Assembly (NCBI GenBank): GCA_045604905.1
Contig: JAZUOX010000060.1
Coordinates: forward strand, 22,386 to 86,385
Reading direction: 5' to 3'
DNA: 64,000 nt
Source of the DNA: Clostridia bacterium
GTDB taxonomy: Bacteria; Bacillota; Clostridia; UMGS1883
Shown: positions 47,272 through 57,810 of the stretch, one piece after another
Position numbering within the stretch: position 1 is the first letter of the stretch
How the letters are laid out: each line of letters starts with the position of its first letter
The notes under the pieces: model-generated
What the model was told of the DNA's origin: nothing
The model's database searches: none
What the model saw: only the letters and a program-made list of their open reading frames with translations
Position numbers and translations under genes: made by a program

Positions 47272-47541
47272 TTATATTCTGTGCATTGAGTCAAAAACTT
47301 TTTTATGTCTGACTTGAATTCTGAGGCAATTATCATTTCCAAGCTTTTTAAGTTTTTCAGACACTTCAAAAAAAGATACTTTAGCCTCTTTTATATCCAC
47401 AACCATAACCATCAGAAACTGTTTGTCATAAGTTGTCTGGGAGATATCTATAATGTTGATATTATCCTCAGCAAGAAGTCCCGACACTTTAGCTATGATG
47501 CCGACTGCATCTTCTCCAATAACTGTTATTACAGATTTCAT
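47272..47541 (-). CDS. ACT-domain protein (UPF0237 family), partner of UPF0210
   Basis: The start is taken at MKSVITVIGEDAVGIIAKVSGLL, giving ~89 aa, typical of UPF0237. The longer tracked ORF adds 21 unsupported codons. Confidence 0.75.
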   Translation of the reverse strand: MKSVITVIGEDAVGIIAKVSGLLAEDNINIIDISQTTYDKQFLMVMVVDIKEAKVSFFEVSEKLKKLGNDNCLRIQVRHKKVFDSMHRI

Positions 47542-47605
47542 ATACATTCCTCCATAAAAAAATAGAACCGCATTGATTATATCACCAAGCGGTTCTGTTT
47601 TCAAG

Positions 47606-47854
47606 TCATAAAGTCTTTTTTTTCAGGTCGTCAAGACAATTTTTGCAAACATTTTTTTCTGCATACAGATAAATATGCTCACTGTTCCCGCAAAATATGC
47701 ATGTGGGATTGTACTTTTTAAGGATTATGCTGTCACCGTCTACATAAATCTCAAGGGGATCTCTTTCCTTGATGTCAAAAATTGTGCGCATTTCCTTAGG
47801 AAGAACTATTCTACCAAGCTCGTCAACTTTACGGATTATACCTGTCGATTTCAT
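47606..47854 (-). CDS. abrB: AbrB-family transition-state regulator with a Cys-rich C-terminus
   Basis: MKSTGIIRKVDELGRIVLPKEMR...LEIYVDGDSIILKKY is near-identical to the B. subtilis AbrB N-domain. The C-terminal domain is replaced by CIFCGNSEH...CKNC. Confidence 0.8.
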   Translation of the reverse strand: MKSTGIIRKVDELGRIVLPKEMRTIFDIKERDPLEIYVDGDSIILKKYNPTCIFCGNSEHIYLYAEKNVCKNCLDDLKKKTL

Positions 47855-48056
47855 GCATTTTCCTCCTCTTTTTTACATTTTATTCCATTAACTTTCACAA
47901 GTATATCAAATAAAACCGTTTTCGTCAATGAAATTTCTGTTAATATTTTGTGAATTTCGACATAAAATCTTCCCCTTTTTATTGCTTTTTCGGATTTTCT
48001 ATGGTACTATTGTGTAGGGTGTTTTTTACCCTAATAATATTTGCGAGGTAAATAAT

Positions 48057-49562
48057 ATGTCTAAAAGAAACAAACTCATTGGCATTATTGCCACAGTCAC
48101 AGCCGTAATTATGATTTTCGGCATCACCGCTTTCGCGGAAATTTCACAGAAAAATGCAGTTGCACATTACAATGACATAAAAATTGTTGTTGACGGAAAC
48201 CATATTATTCCTACTGATGTTAACGGTAACATTGTTGATCCGTTCATTATCGACGGTACAACATATCTTCCGGTAAGAGCACTTGCAACAGCTCTCGGTC
48301 AAGGTGTCAGATGGGAAGCGGAGACAAGCACTGTTTATATCGGTGGAGTAGCTGACGAGGCTGTTGCACCCAATACATCCGTTACAGAACAAGGTGCATT
48401 TTCAAAAGAAGTTGTTCTCAGCTATAACGATATAAAAATCAATGTAAATAATGCTGAAATTACTCCACAGGATGCTAACGGCAACAGTGTTGAGCCTTTT
48501 ATCATCGATGGTACAACATATCTCCCTGTAAGAGCGCTTGCAACAGCTCTCGGAGAAAACGTTGATTGGGATCAGGCTACTTCTACTGTAATCATCGGTG
48601 AAAAATCCGTTGTGGAAACACCTGCAGAAACTGAGCTTTTCAAGGTTGATTCAGCCATTCTCTCAACCTTTTCCGAAAAGACTCTTGCTACAGTAGGCGA
48701 CATTCCAGTAAAAGGTTCTTACTACAACATCAACATTGCTCAGACATGTAATTCCGCAATGTTTGAAATGATGTGTGATAACTATTCAGCTGACAAAACT
48801 CTTCAGACTATCACTATGAATTCTTATCCCGCTGCAAAAATTCTTGCTGATACTCTTACAGATTCTTTCCATCCTATGTTCGCAGTTTATGCAGAAGCTG
48901 AAAAAACAGGATTCACCAAGAAGCCTGAAATACAGCAGTTTATTGAGGCTACACTCAAGAGCTATAAGTCCCAGTTCAAAACTGACGAAGAGTTCCGTAA
49001 TTTCTTAAGTGAAAGTGCTATTTCAGAAAAAGATTTCAATAATTATATCACTATGAATGCTGTTTACTCAGTTTACGCTGACGATCTCTATTCAAGATAC
49101 ACTCAGATTCCCTACACTGACGAGGAAATCGTTGATATATGCAAAAAAGAATTTGTAAAAGCTAAGCACATCCTCGTTCAGGATGCTGAAACTGCACAGA
49201 AAATCATCTCTGAGCTTAGCGCAGGAAAGGACTTCCATGCGCTTACAGATGAGTACAATCTTGATTCCGGACAGCCTTATGAAGGCTACACTTTCACTCG
49301 TGGTGAAATGGTTCCAGAATTCGAAAAAGCAGCATTTGACCTTGCTGAAAACACTTACACAAAATCACCTGTAAAGTCTGTGTACGGTTATCATATCATT
49401 TACAGATATTCCATTGACGCTGAATGGGCAAAAGCTAATATACAGGCGATTATATCAGCTATAGCATCAAGAGATACTGACAACGTTATTTCCACACTTA
49501 AAAACAATTCAGCTCTTAAATTGACAGCTGATTATGACACCTATGTCACAACTATAAAATAA
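48057..49562 (+). CDS. PrsA-like peptidyl-prolyl isomerase (PpiC domain) with two Cu-amine-oxidase-N-like stalk repeats, membrane anchored
   Basis: N-terminal TM anchor. Two ~60-aa repeats (YNDIKI.V.....P.D.NGN.V.PFIIDGTTYLPVRALATALG). C-terminal parvulin domain (FVKAKHILVQD...YGYHIIY). Confidence 0.7.
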   Translation: MSKRNKLIGIIATVTAVIMIFGITAFAEISQKNAVAHYNDIKIVVDGNHIIPTDVNGNIVDPFIIDGTTYLPVRALATALGQGVRWEAETSTVYIGGVADEAVAPNTSVTEQGAFSKEVVLSYNDIKINVNNAEITPQDANGNSVEPFIIDGTTYLPVRALATALGENVDWDQATSTVIIGEKSVVETPAETELFKVDSAILSTFSEKTLATVGDIPVKGSYYNINIAQTCNSAMFEMMCDNYSADKTLQTITMNSYPAAKILADTLTDSFHPMFAVYAEAEKTGFTKKPEIQQFIEATLKSYKSQFKTDEEFRNFLSESAISEKDFNNYITMNAVYSVYADDLYSRYTQIPYTDEEIVDICKKEFVKAKHILVQDAETAQKIISELSAGKDFHALTDEYNLDSGQPYEGYTFTRGEMVPEFEKAAFDLAENTYTKSPVKSVYGYHIIYRYSIDAEWAKANIQAIISAIASRDTDNVISTLKNNSALKLTADYDTYVTTIK

Positions 49563-49574
49563 GGACGAATTTCT

Positions 49575-51950
49575 ATGGCAACAAAAACTCTTTTACCTGT
49601 TATCCCCACTCGCGGATTTGTTATTTTCCCTAAAAATGTTTTTCACTTTGATGTAGCAAGAGAAAAAAGCAAAGCCGCAATCGAAAAAGCAATAATGCAA
49701 GACGGTCTGATTTTTCTCGCTGCACAAAAAAACGACATGGTAGAAAATCCAACAGAAAGCGATATCCGACCCTTCGGAATAATAGCAAAAATCAAACAGC
49801 TTGTGCGCTTGCCCGATGATTGTCTCCGCATTCTTGTGGAGGGTGTTTCTCGAGGCAAGCTCACTTCAGGCTTTGTTACAGATGCTTTGTATGAAGGAGA
49901 AGTTGTTTTTAAAAAATCCTCTGTAAAGGATTTGTCGGTTGAAGAATATACGGCATTTCTGAATCAGGTACATCTTCTTATAAACGACTATGTTGAATTC
50001 AATCCGAAGCTCGCTACGGAAGCTTTTCTTAAATCTCTTCCGGAAAGCGAGCCGTCAGATTTCTGCGATGCCGTTGCATTCAATCTTTTACGAAGCAACA
50101 ATGACAAACAGGACCTTCTTGAAATAACAAATGTAAAAAAACGTCTCACTAAGCTTATAGACATTATGACAAAGGAAGTCAGAATTCTCGATGTCGAAAG
50201 TGCAATAGCTTCTCGGGTGAAGCAGCAGATGGATGATCATAATCATGAATATTATCTGCGCGAACAGCTTAAAATAATACGCGAAGAGCTTGGTGAGGAC
50301 CGTTTTGATGAAGTTGAGGAGCTTTGCGCTAAAATTGAAAGCACTCCTCTGACAGAAGAAGCTTATGAAAAAGCTATCCGCGAGCTTAATTCTTTTGAAA
50401 AAATGCCTCCTTCATCACCGGAGAGCAACATCGCAAGAAATTATCTTGACACCCTATGCGCTCTTCCGTGGGAGGTTTTTACAGACGAAAATAATAATAT
50501 AGAAAATGCCCGCGCAGTGCTTGACCGTGACCATTATGGAATGAAAAAGGTTAAGGAGCGTATAATAGAACAGCTTGCAGTAGTGAACCGCACCGGTAAT
50601 CCTGCAGGAAGCATTCTTTGTCTTCTCGGTGCTCCCGGTGTAGGTAAAACATCTATAGCAAAATCTATTGCTGAAGCCACCGGCAGAAAATATGCCCGCA
50701 TAAGTCTTGGTGGAATGCGTGACGAAGCAGAGCTTCGCGGACACAGAAAAACTTATGTAGCAGCTATGCCCGGTCGTATAGTAAATGCTCTCAAACAGGC
50801 ACAATCTTCAAATCCGCTTATCCTGCTTGATGAAATTGATAAGCTCGGTGCAGATTTCAAAGGCGACCCATCATCAGCTTTGCTTGAAATCCTCGACAGC
50901 GAACAGAATGTATCTTTCCGCGACAATTATCTTGAAGTCGGGATTGACCTTTCAAAAGTCCTTTTCATAGCTACGGCAAACGATGTTTCAACCATACCTG
51001 CTCCGTTGCTCGACAGACTGGAGATTATAGAACTTTCAAGCTATACCTATGAAGAGAAGATGAATATTGCAAAAAAGCATCTTATTCCCAAGCAGCTTAA
51101 AAAACATTCAATTGATGCTAAAACGCTTAAAATTTCAGATAAGGCGCTTTCCTCAATCATAAATTCTTATACCAGAGAGTCCGGCGTAAGAAAACTCGAA
51201 AGAGAAATTGCAAAACTTTGCAGAAAAGCTGTTCTCAGTATGGCTGAATCAAAAAAAGGCATATCTGTTACAGACAAAAATCTTGCCGTTTACCTGGGAT
51301 GCGAAAAATATGTAGATGAAGCTATTTCAAAAACATCAGAGGTCGGTATAACAAATGGTCTTGCTTGGACCTCTGTAGGTGGTGAACTGCTTAAATGCGA
51401 AGCTGTAAGTATGCCGGGTACCGGTAAAATTCAGCTGACAGGAAAGCTTGGTGACGTAATGAAAGAATCTGCTGAAACAGCAGTTTCTTATATAAGAACA
51501 ATTGCTGATCTGCTTGAAATCGATGCTGACTTTTACAAAAATCGCGATATACACATTCATTTTCCCGAAGGCGCTGTTCCGAAAGACGGTCCAAGTGCCG
51601 GAATTACTGTTGCAACAACAGTAGCAAGCGCACTTTCACTTTTGCCGGTACGCAGTGATATTGCTATGACAGGTGAGATATCTCTTACCGGCAAGGTGCT
51701 TCCGATAGGCGGGCTTAAAGAAAAAGTTCTTGCTGCATATCGTCACGGAATTAAGGAAATAATAGTTCCGAAAGCCAATGTGAAGGACTTTGAAGAAATA
51801 CCAGAAGTCATTCTTCGGGAAATCATTTTTCATCCCGTGGAAAGCACTTCAGATGTCTTAAATATCGCGCTTGTTAAATCTGCAGCAAACAAAAAGATTT
51901 CTCCGATTTCTAACAGCAAAGAAAGGAGACTTGACCGTGAATATTCATAA
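49575..51950 (+). CDS. lon: ATP-dependent Lon protease
   Basis: Walker [12 protein letters not shown] and the catalytic-serine motif [10 protein letters not shown]. 791 aa. Confidence 0.93.
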   Translation: MATKTLLPVIPTRGFVIFPKNVFHFDVAREKSKAAIEKAIMQDGLIFLAAQKNDMVENPTESDIRPFGIIAKIKQLVRLPDDCLRILVEGVSRGKLTSGFVTDALYEGEVVFKKSSVKDLSVEEYTAFLNQVHLLINDYVEFNPKLATEAFLKSLPESEPSDFCDAVAFNLLRSNNDKQDLLEITNVKKRLTKLIDIMTKEVRILDVESAIASRVKQQMDDHNHEYYLREQLKIIREELGEDRFDEVEELCAKIESTPLTEEAYEKAIRELNSFEKMPPSSPESNIARNYLDTLCALPWEVFTDENNNIENARAVLDRDHYGMKKVKERIIEQLAVVNRTGNPAGSILCLLGAPGVGKTSIAKSIAEATGRKYARISLGGMRDEAELRGHRKTYVAAMPGRIVNALKQAQSSNPLILLDEIDKLGADFKGDPSSALLEILDSEQNVSFRDNYLEVGIDLSKVLFIATANDVSTIPAPLLDRLEIIELSSYTYEEKMNIAKKHLIPKQLKKHSIDAKTLKISDKALSSIINSYTRESGVRKLEREIAKLCRKAVLSMAESKKGISVTDKNLAVYLGCEKYVDEAISKTSEVGITNGLAWTSVGGELLKCEAVSMPGTGKIQLTGKLGDVMKESAETAVSYIRTIADLLEIDADFYKNRDIHIHFPEGAVPKDGPSAGITVATTVASALSLLPVRSDIAMTGEISLTGKVLPIGGLKEKVLAAYRHGIKEIIVPKANVKDFEEIPEVILREIIFHPVESTSDVLNIALVKSAANKKISPISNSKERRLDREYS

Positions 51951-52527
51951 TGTCGAACTCACGATATCCGCAGTATCGCCAAAACAGTACCCGAACACTA
52001 AGTTTCCTGATATTGCATTTGCAGGGCGCAGTAATGTCGGCAAAAGCTCCTTTATAAACAAAATGCTCAACCGCAAATCTCTTGCAAGAACAAGCTCCAA
52101 GCCCGGAAAAACAGCGACAATCAATTTTTACAACATTGACAACACAGTCAACTTTGTAGACCTGCCGGGTTATGGTTATGCAAAAGTTAGCAAGGAAGAA
52201 AAGAAAAAATGGGGTAACATGATAGAAACTTATCTGGACACCCGCGACACACTCGTCTGCACTGTTCTCCTTGTAGACGCAAGACATAAACCAACAAGCG
52301 ACGACCTTGTTATGCTTAATTACATACGCGAGCGACATGGCTTTGCGTTTGTAGTAGCTACAAAATGTGATAAAATAGCTAAAACCAAGCTTAATGACCA
52401 CCTTGACGACATCTATTATACTCTTGAGCTTGAAGATGATGATATCATGATGCCTTTCAGTGCTGAATCCGGTGCTGGTGCAGAAGATATCTGGGAAGCT
52501 ATTTATGAAATTTGTGAAATTAATTAA
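51937..52527 (+). CDS. engB: Ribosome biogenesis GTP-binding protein YsxC/EngB
   Basis: G1 motif GRSNVGKSS. A GTG start at 51937, 8 nt after an AGGAGA ribosome-binding site, overlaps the lon stop. The lon-ysxC order is conserved in Firmicutes. Confidence 0.85.
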   Translation: MNIHNVELTISAVSPKQYPNTKFPDIAFAGRSNVGKSSFINKMLNRKSLARTSSKPGKTATINFYNIDNTVNFVDLPGYGYAKVSKEEKKKWGNMIETYLDTRDTLVCTVLLVDARHKPTSDDLVMLNYIRERHGFAFVVATKCDKIAKTKLNDHLDDIYYTLELEDDDIMMPFSAESGAGAEDIWEAIYEICEIN

Positions 52528-52549
52528 ATATTATAAATGAGGTGTTATT

Positions 52550-53083
52550 ATGGAATTAAAAGGTTCAAGAACAGAAGCTAATCTCCTTGCAGCATTTGCA
52601 GGAGAATCACAGGCAAGAAATAAGTATACTTATTTTGCGTCTGTGGCTAAAAAGGAAGGCTATCAGCAGATTGCCGCTATTTTTGAAGAAACTGCAAACA
52701 ATGAAAAGGAACACGCAAAGCTTTGGTTCAAAGCTCTTGGTCTTCTTGGAGAAACTGCAGGAAATCTTCTTTCTGCTGCTGAAGGCGAAAATTATGAATG
52801 GACTGATATGTACAAGAACTTCGCTGAAGAAGCTGATGCTGAAGGCTTTACAGAAATTGCAGCACAGTTCCGTGCAGTAGCTAAAATTGAAAAGGCTCAC
52901 GAAGACCGCTACCGTGCACTTCTTAACAATGTAGAAATGCAGAAAGTTTTCGAAAAAGCTGAAGAAACCATGTGGGAATGCCGTAACTGCGGACACCTTG
53001 TTATGGGTAAAAAAGCTCCTCAGCTTTGCCCTGTATGTAAACATCCTCAGGCTTACTTTGAAGTAAGGAAAGAAAATTATTAA
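52550..53083 (+). CDS. rbr: Rubrerythrin
   Basis: N-terminal ferritin-like diiron motifs (E..E.....KEH) and a C-terminal rubredoxin-like C-x2-C...C-x2-C (CRNCGH...CPVCKHP). Confidence 0.9.
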   Translation: MELKGSRTEANLLAAFAGESQARNKYTYFASVAKKEGYQQIAAIFEETANNEKEHAKLWFKALGLLGETAGNLLSAAEGENYEWTDMYKNFAEEADAEGFTEIAAQFRAVAKIEKAHEDRYRALLNNVEMQKVFEKAEETMWECRNCGHLVMGKKAPQLCPVCKHPQAYFEVRKENY

Positions 53084-53142
53084 GCAGCGTACCGCTGCAC
53101 TCTTGTCGCACCCCTAGTAAGTGCTGACATTGTTAAAAACCA

Positions 53143-53181
53143 AAAACGGGATTGCAAACCTAAGTTTGCAATCCCGTTTTC
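53143..53181. terminator. Bidirectional intrinsic terminator between rbr (+) and the dac-like gene (-)
   Basis: Perfect 17-bp stem aaaacgggattgcaaac / gtttgcaatcccgtttt with a 4-nt loop. U-runs follow on both strands. Confidence 0.8.
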
Positions 53182-53195
53182 TGATAACACGGTTT

Positions 53196-54551
53196 TTACC
53201 TCATCATTCTTTCCATTTCTTCTCTTCGTTTTCTCCTTGCTTCGCGTCTTTTTTTTCTGAGGATTCTTCTACGTCTTCTTTCAACCATTATAAAGAAAGC
53301 TATAGCAAGCAAAATTGCCACATAAAGCCATGGAGAGGTAACAAACGCTACCATTTTATTTACAGTAAAAGTAATTGGATCCAGCATGTAATCTTTATCT
53401 GCAACCAGTTGAACTTTGCCGATAGATTTACCACCGATAAAATATTCTCTTGAACCTATAACATCCAATTCCTTAATTGGTGCGCTTTTTTTCGCCGGAA
53501 GGCTGTCTTTATAGGTTATTTTCAAATCAGCTTTGTCTTTATGCGTTATCACAGACAATTCTTTATTTGTTTTCAGTATGAGTTTATTATTGCGTCTTGT
53601 ATGTTCAACCTCAGTCTGTGCGACTATCTCGCCCTCTCCTACCACTTTCTGTGCGACATAGTTTTCAAAGGTATAATCAAACATATTTTTACAGTCTTTA
53701 AAACTCTGAGCCACTTTATCAACTGTTGGTGCTCCAAAAACAAGAGCTACAAGTTCCATTCCGTTTTTTCTGGCTGACGCGGCTATACAGGATTTTGCTT
53801 CCATTGTGTAGCCCGTTTTTATTCCCGTTGCGTAACGGTAATAGTAGTCAGTCCTCTTGAGTCTGCTCACGAAATGATTGGTGTTAACTACTTTATGTGC
53901 AGAATTATTTTTATTAGTTGCAGGGATACTATAAGAATCACACTTTACTATTTCTCTGAATTCTTCTATTTGCATTGCATAAACAACAAGATTGGTCATA
54001 TCAATGGCAGTTGTATAATGCCTTTCATCGTGTTCTCCGGAAGGATTGGTAAAGTTTGTACTGTTCATTTTAAGCTCTTTCGCTTTTTCATTCATCAATA
54101 CAACAAATTTTTCTATACTTCCCGATGTTTTTTCAGCAAGAACATTGGATGCATCTGCCGCAGAACCAAGAAGCATAGCATAGAGAAGCTGTCTTACGGA
54201 AAATTTCTCATCTTTTACAATGCCAAGCTTACTCTCACCTGTTTTAACATTTGATACTGCAGTTTCGCTTGCTGTAACGGTTTCTTCAAGTTTACAGTTT
54301 TCAAGCACTAACACTGCCGTCATTATCTTAGTCAGATCAGCCGGATAAACTCTGTCCTTAGAATTTTTTTCATAAAGCACTATTCCTGTGGAAAGGTCAG
54401 CCAGAACTACATAGGGCGAAGATGCACTTATTCCCCGCTCTTTGGTATTTTCAGTTTTTTCCTCAGTAGGTTCGTTTTCTGCAAATGCTATTCCAAAAAT
54501 CGAAAACGAAATAACTGAACACATAATAAGAGAAATTATCTTCTTTATCAT
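53196..54551 (-). CDS. PBP5-family D-alanyl-D-alanine carboxypeptidase homolog, apparently catalytically degenerate
   Basis: Signal peptide, a KTG motif and a C-terminal TM anchor with an Arg/Lys-rich tail. The S-x-x-K motif reads A-D-L-T-K (Ser->Asp). The SxN position reads S-A-A-D. Confidence 0.7.
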   Translation of the reverse strand: MIKKIISLIMCSVISFSIFGIAFAENEPTEEKTENTKERGISASSPYVVLADLSTGIVLYEKNSKDRVYPADLTKIMTAVLVLENCKLEETVTASETAVSNVKTGESKLGIVKDEKFSVRQLLYAMLLGSAADASNVLAEKTSGSIEKFVVLMNEKAKELKMNSTNFTNPSGEHDERHYTTAIDMTNLVVYAMQIEEFREIVKCDSYSIPATNKNNSAHKVVNTNHFVSRLKRTDYYYRYATGIKTGYTMEAKSCIAASARKNGMELVALVFGAPTVDKVAQSFKDCKNMFDYTFENYVAQKVVGEGEIVAQTEVEHTRRNNKLILKTNKELSVITHKDKADLKITYKDSLPAKKSAPIKELDVIGSREYFIGGKSIGKVQLVADKDYMLDPITFTVNKMVAFVTSPWLYVAILLAIAFFIMVERRRRRILRKKRREARRKRREEMERMMR

Positions 54552-55720
54552 TGTTTTGTTCCTTTTATACTTTCTATCGCCGCCTTAAACGCAGCATCAT
54601 TTCTTATGTCAGATGCTATATCTTCCGTCACTTCAATATCCGGAGTTATGGCATCATTCATCCATTTGCCGTTTGGAGTAAAGTTTTTGCACACAGTAAG
54701 TTTAACTGCTCCGGATGATTTATCCAGCGGATTTATGTATCTGACACTCTGACTTACTCCTTTGCCATAAGTTTTTTCTCCAACGATCACAGCTCTTTTA
54801 TTATCCTGCAATGCTCCTGCAAAAACCTCTGCAGCACTTGCACTGCCTCCATTAACAATTACTGCAAGCGGAAGATCACACTTACCGTCTTTTGCTGTAT
54901 AGACAACCTTTTGTCCCTGCTTATCGACAGTGTACATAACAGTAGCCTCATCAAGGAAAAGGTCACACATATCTATTGCGCTGTTAAGTTCACCGCCCGG
55001 ATTATTCCTCAGGTCTATTACAATTCCTGTCACTGATTCATCCAGGGAATCTGTGATTTTTTTTGTTTGCTCGAGCGAATTCTTATCAAAACCCGGATAT
55101 TTTATGTAACAGATTCCGTCAATGAATTCACTTTTTACATTATTCACCTGAATTTTTTCGCGTTTCAGCTTGATTTCAAGAAGTTCTCCACTTCTTTCTA
55201 TAGTCAAGGTAAGTTCTTTATCGAGAGGATTTTTTTCACTGATACCCCTCATATAGTTTACGGCCTCAGGAAAAGTAGCTGCGTCATACTCTTTATCATC
55301 AATTTTAAGAATATAATCTCCACTTTTTATACCTGCTTTTGACGACGGAGTTCCTTCGTAAGCCGATATAACTTCAATTTTTCCATTTTCACTGTTCGCA
55401 AAAGCTTCTATACCTATGCCATAATAATAGCCGTCAATTTCAAGAAACTGCTGCTGTGCACTTTCTTCATCGTAGTAAACGGAATATTTGTCACCAAGTC
55501 CACTCACGACAGCACTCAAAACTTCATTTTCAAGCTGTTTTTTATCGTAGTTACCCATATATTGTTTATCAATAATATCTGCAACTCTGATAACATTATA
55601 AATTGGTACCGGAAGACTTTTAAGATAAACAACTATTCCTAAAGCAATTAACAAAAAAGTAATAAAAGCTGTAACCAGAACTGTCATTACTTTTTTACGG
55701 ATGCTGTCTTTTCTTTCCAA
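54548..55720 (-). CDS. S41-family C-terminal processing peptidase (CtpA/CtpB-like)
   Basis: N-terminal TM, a PDZ region and the S41 catalytic motif GGSASAAEVFAGALQD...KTYGKG. Confidence 0.85.
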   Translation of the reverse strand: MERKDSIRKKVMTVLVTAFITFLLIALGIVVYLKSLPVPIYNVIRVADIIDKQYMGNYDKKQLENEVLSAVVSGLGDKYSVYYDEESAQQQFLEIDGYYYGIGIEAFANSENGKIEVISAYEGTPSSKAGIKSGDYILKIDDKEYDAATFPEAVNYMRGISEKNPLDKELTLTIERSGELLEIKLKREKIQVNNVKSEFIDGICYIKYPGFDKNSLEQTKKITDSLDESVTGIVIDLRNNPGGELNSAIDMCDLFLDEATVMYTVDKQGQKVVYTAKDGKCDLPLAVIVNGGSASAAEVFAGALQDNKRAVIVGEKTYGKGVSQSVRYINPLDKSSGAVKLTVCKNFTPNGKWMNDAITPDIEVTEDIASDIRNDAAFKAAIESIKGTKQ

Positions 55721-55745
55721 GTCGTTCCCTCCGAATCTTTAAAAA

Positions 55746-56915
55746 TTATTTGTAATAGCTAAGTGGGTCAACCGTAGCTCCGTTTATACGCACCTCATAG
55801 TGAAGGTGAGGACCTGTAGAAAGCCCTGTCGAACCTGCTTTTGCAATTAATTGCCCCTTCTTAACCTTATCGCCCTTTGATACAAGAAGCGAACTGTTAT
55901 GACCATATAACGTAGATATACCGCTACCGTGATTTACGATAATACATTTACCGTAACCACCATTATATGTAGACATAGTAACTGTACCGTCTGCAGCAGC
56001 AACAATATCAACACCGTATGACGCATTTATGTCAATACCGGAATGGAACTTCCTTGTTTTGTATATCGGGTGTATACGGTAACCGTAGTAGCTCGAAATA
56101 CTTTTTGTGGAAGGAACCGGCCATGCAAACTTTCCGCCCGTATACTTTATCGGATTTCCTTTGCTTGAAAGAGCATCGGAAGCCTGACTGATAAGAGCCT
56201 GTTCCGCTCTGTCTGCTGCTTCGTAAACAGCTTTATACATTTCAACGTCAGCCATAATTTCTGCCATAAATGCAGCCTTTGTTTCGAGAGTTACAGAAAG
56301 ATTTTTCTTGTTTTCTTCCAGTATTTTAACGTTTTCTTCCTGCTGTTTAAGATTCTCTTCAAGCGATGCTTTTGAATCTATAATCTGCTGCTTTTTTTCC
56401 TGTATTGTTTCAAGAATGTCCTGGTCATAATTGATAATTGATGTGACTATATCTATCTTTGCCAAAAAATCGCTGAAATTTTCCGCGCTGAAAAGAATTT
56501 CAAGATAGTCAAAGTCTGTATTTTCATACATTGCTCTTGCTCTTGTTTTAAAAACTTCGAGATAGTCATCGTACTCTTTCTGAGCAAGAACAATAGCTTC
56601 CTCAAGGACTTTTATTTCACTCTTGGTCTGCTCTATTTCGGCCTCAAGCACGCTTATCTCATACTCAGCATCGGAAATTTGTTTATCAATAGCATTATAT
56701 TCTGCGACAATTGCTTCTTTTTTTCGTTCTGCTTCTTCAAGGTCTTTCTTAGCCTCGGCAGTTTTGTCTTTTGCCTCATTGAGTTCTGTCTTTGAAACTG
56801 CCATAGCCGGCTGAAGCATAATGGACGAAATAAAAGCAAGCAACACCAGTGCGGCACAGACAATTGCAACTGCACGTTTTAATTTTTCTTTTTTGTTTTT
56901 TTTCAAATTAAACAC
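55746..56915 (-). CDS. M23 peptidase with an N-terminal coiled-coil (EnvC-like), catalytic residues intact
   Basis: A long coiled-coil N-terminal half. The M23 motifs HSGIDI (HxxxD) and GPHLHYEV (HxH) are present. Confidence 0.8.
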   Translation of the reverse strand: MFNLKKNKKEKLKRAVAIVCAALVLLAFISSIMLQPAMAVSKTELNEAKDKTAEAKKDLEEAERKKEAIVAEYNAIDKQISDAEYEISVLEAEIEQTKSEIKVLEEAIVLAQKEYDDYLEVFKTRARAMYENTDFDYLEILFSAENFSDFLAKIDIVTSIINYDQDILETIQEKKQQIIDSKASLEENLKQQEENVKILEENKKNLSVTLETKAAFMAEIMADVEMYKAVYEAADRAEQALISQASDALSSKGNPIKYTGGKFAWPVPSTKSISSYYGYRIHPIYKTRKFHSGIDINASYGVDIVAAADGTVTMSTYNGGYGKCIIVNHGSGISTLYGHNSSLLVSKGDKVKKGQLIAKAGSTGLSTGPHLHYEVRINGATVDPLSYYK

Positions 56916-56933
56916 CCTTTCACGAGGATTATA

Positions 56934-57806
56934 TCAGACTTTAAGATGCTTTTTAAGTGAAAGGCCACTTCCTGCTGCACCCATGATGATTCCAAACAGA
57001 GCCATACATACACCAAGCACAACAATACACTTCTGAAGCGGAATAAATTCAAACAGGCCAATCATATCACTCACTCCTGCAATAACAGCTCCGTATCCGA
57101 AAACTATTATAAGGAATGACACAATAAAGCCGAGAATACCAATCATCACACCTTCAATTACAAAGGGTGTTCTTATAAAATGATCGGTTGCTCCGACAAA
57201 TTTCATAATATGTATTTCTTTTTCTCTTGCATAAACACTGAGTTTTATGGTGTTCTTAATGATAAATACTGCTATAAGAAGAAGAATAAGCATTGCAATG
57301 ACACTTCCTCTTTTTACAACATTGGTAAAACTGATTACTTTATCAACAAGGTCCTGATGATGTTTAACTTCTTCAACACCTTTGATTCTCTTAATTTCAT
57401 TAGCAGTATCCTGTGTAAGATTGATATCCTTGAGTGTAATTCTTACAGTACTTCTTAAGAAATCTTCTCCACGAAGTCCGTCAAGTATATGAGCTTTATT
57501 TCCAAGTCTTTTTCTGAAGTTGGACATTGCCTGCTCCTGAGACTCAAACTCAATCTTCTCAACATTCGGATTCTTTGATATTTCTGTACAGATGCGCTGT
57601 TCTCCTGCATCATCTTCTGTCATTTTGATATGTGCCTGGATTTCGCACTGCGATTCTATCTGCCGGCTGATATCATTAAGGTTAAGAGTAACAAGCAAAA
57701 ACACACCGAAAAGGAACAAAGCACACGTTACTGTTATAAACGAAGCAAGTGTCATTATTCCGTTTCTTACGAAAGAGCTCGCTGCACTCTTTATATAGTA
57801 TTTCAT
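56934..57806 (-). CDS. ftsX: Cell-division ABC transporter permease FtsX
   Basis: The start is taken at MKYYIKSAASSFVRNGIMT, aligning with the B. subtilis FtsX N-terminus, 4 nt after the ftsE stop. An alternative ATG 12 nt upstream would overlap ftsE. Confidence 0.8.
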   Translation of the reverse strand: MKYYIKSAASSFVRNGIMTLASFITVTCALFLFGVFLLVTLNLNDISRQIESQCEIQAHIKMTEDDAGEQRICTEISKNPNVEKIEFESQEQAMSNFRKRLGNKAHILDGLRGEDFLRSTVRITLKDINLTQDTANEIKRIKGVEEVKHHQDLVDKVISFTNVVKRGSVIAMLILLLIAVFIIKNTIKLSVYAREKEIHIMKFVGATDHFIRTPFVIEGVMIGILGFIVSFLIIVFGYGAVIAGVSDMIGLFEFIPLQKCIVVLGVCMALFGIIMGAAGSGLSLKKHLKV

Positions 57807-57810
57807 ATTT

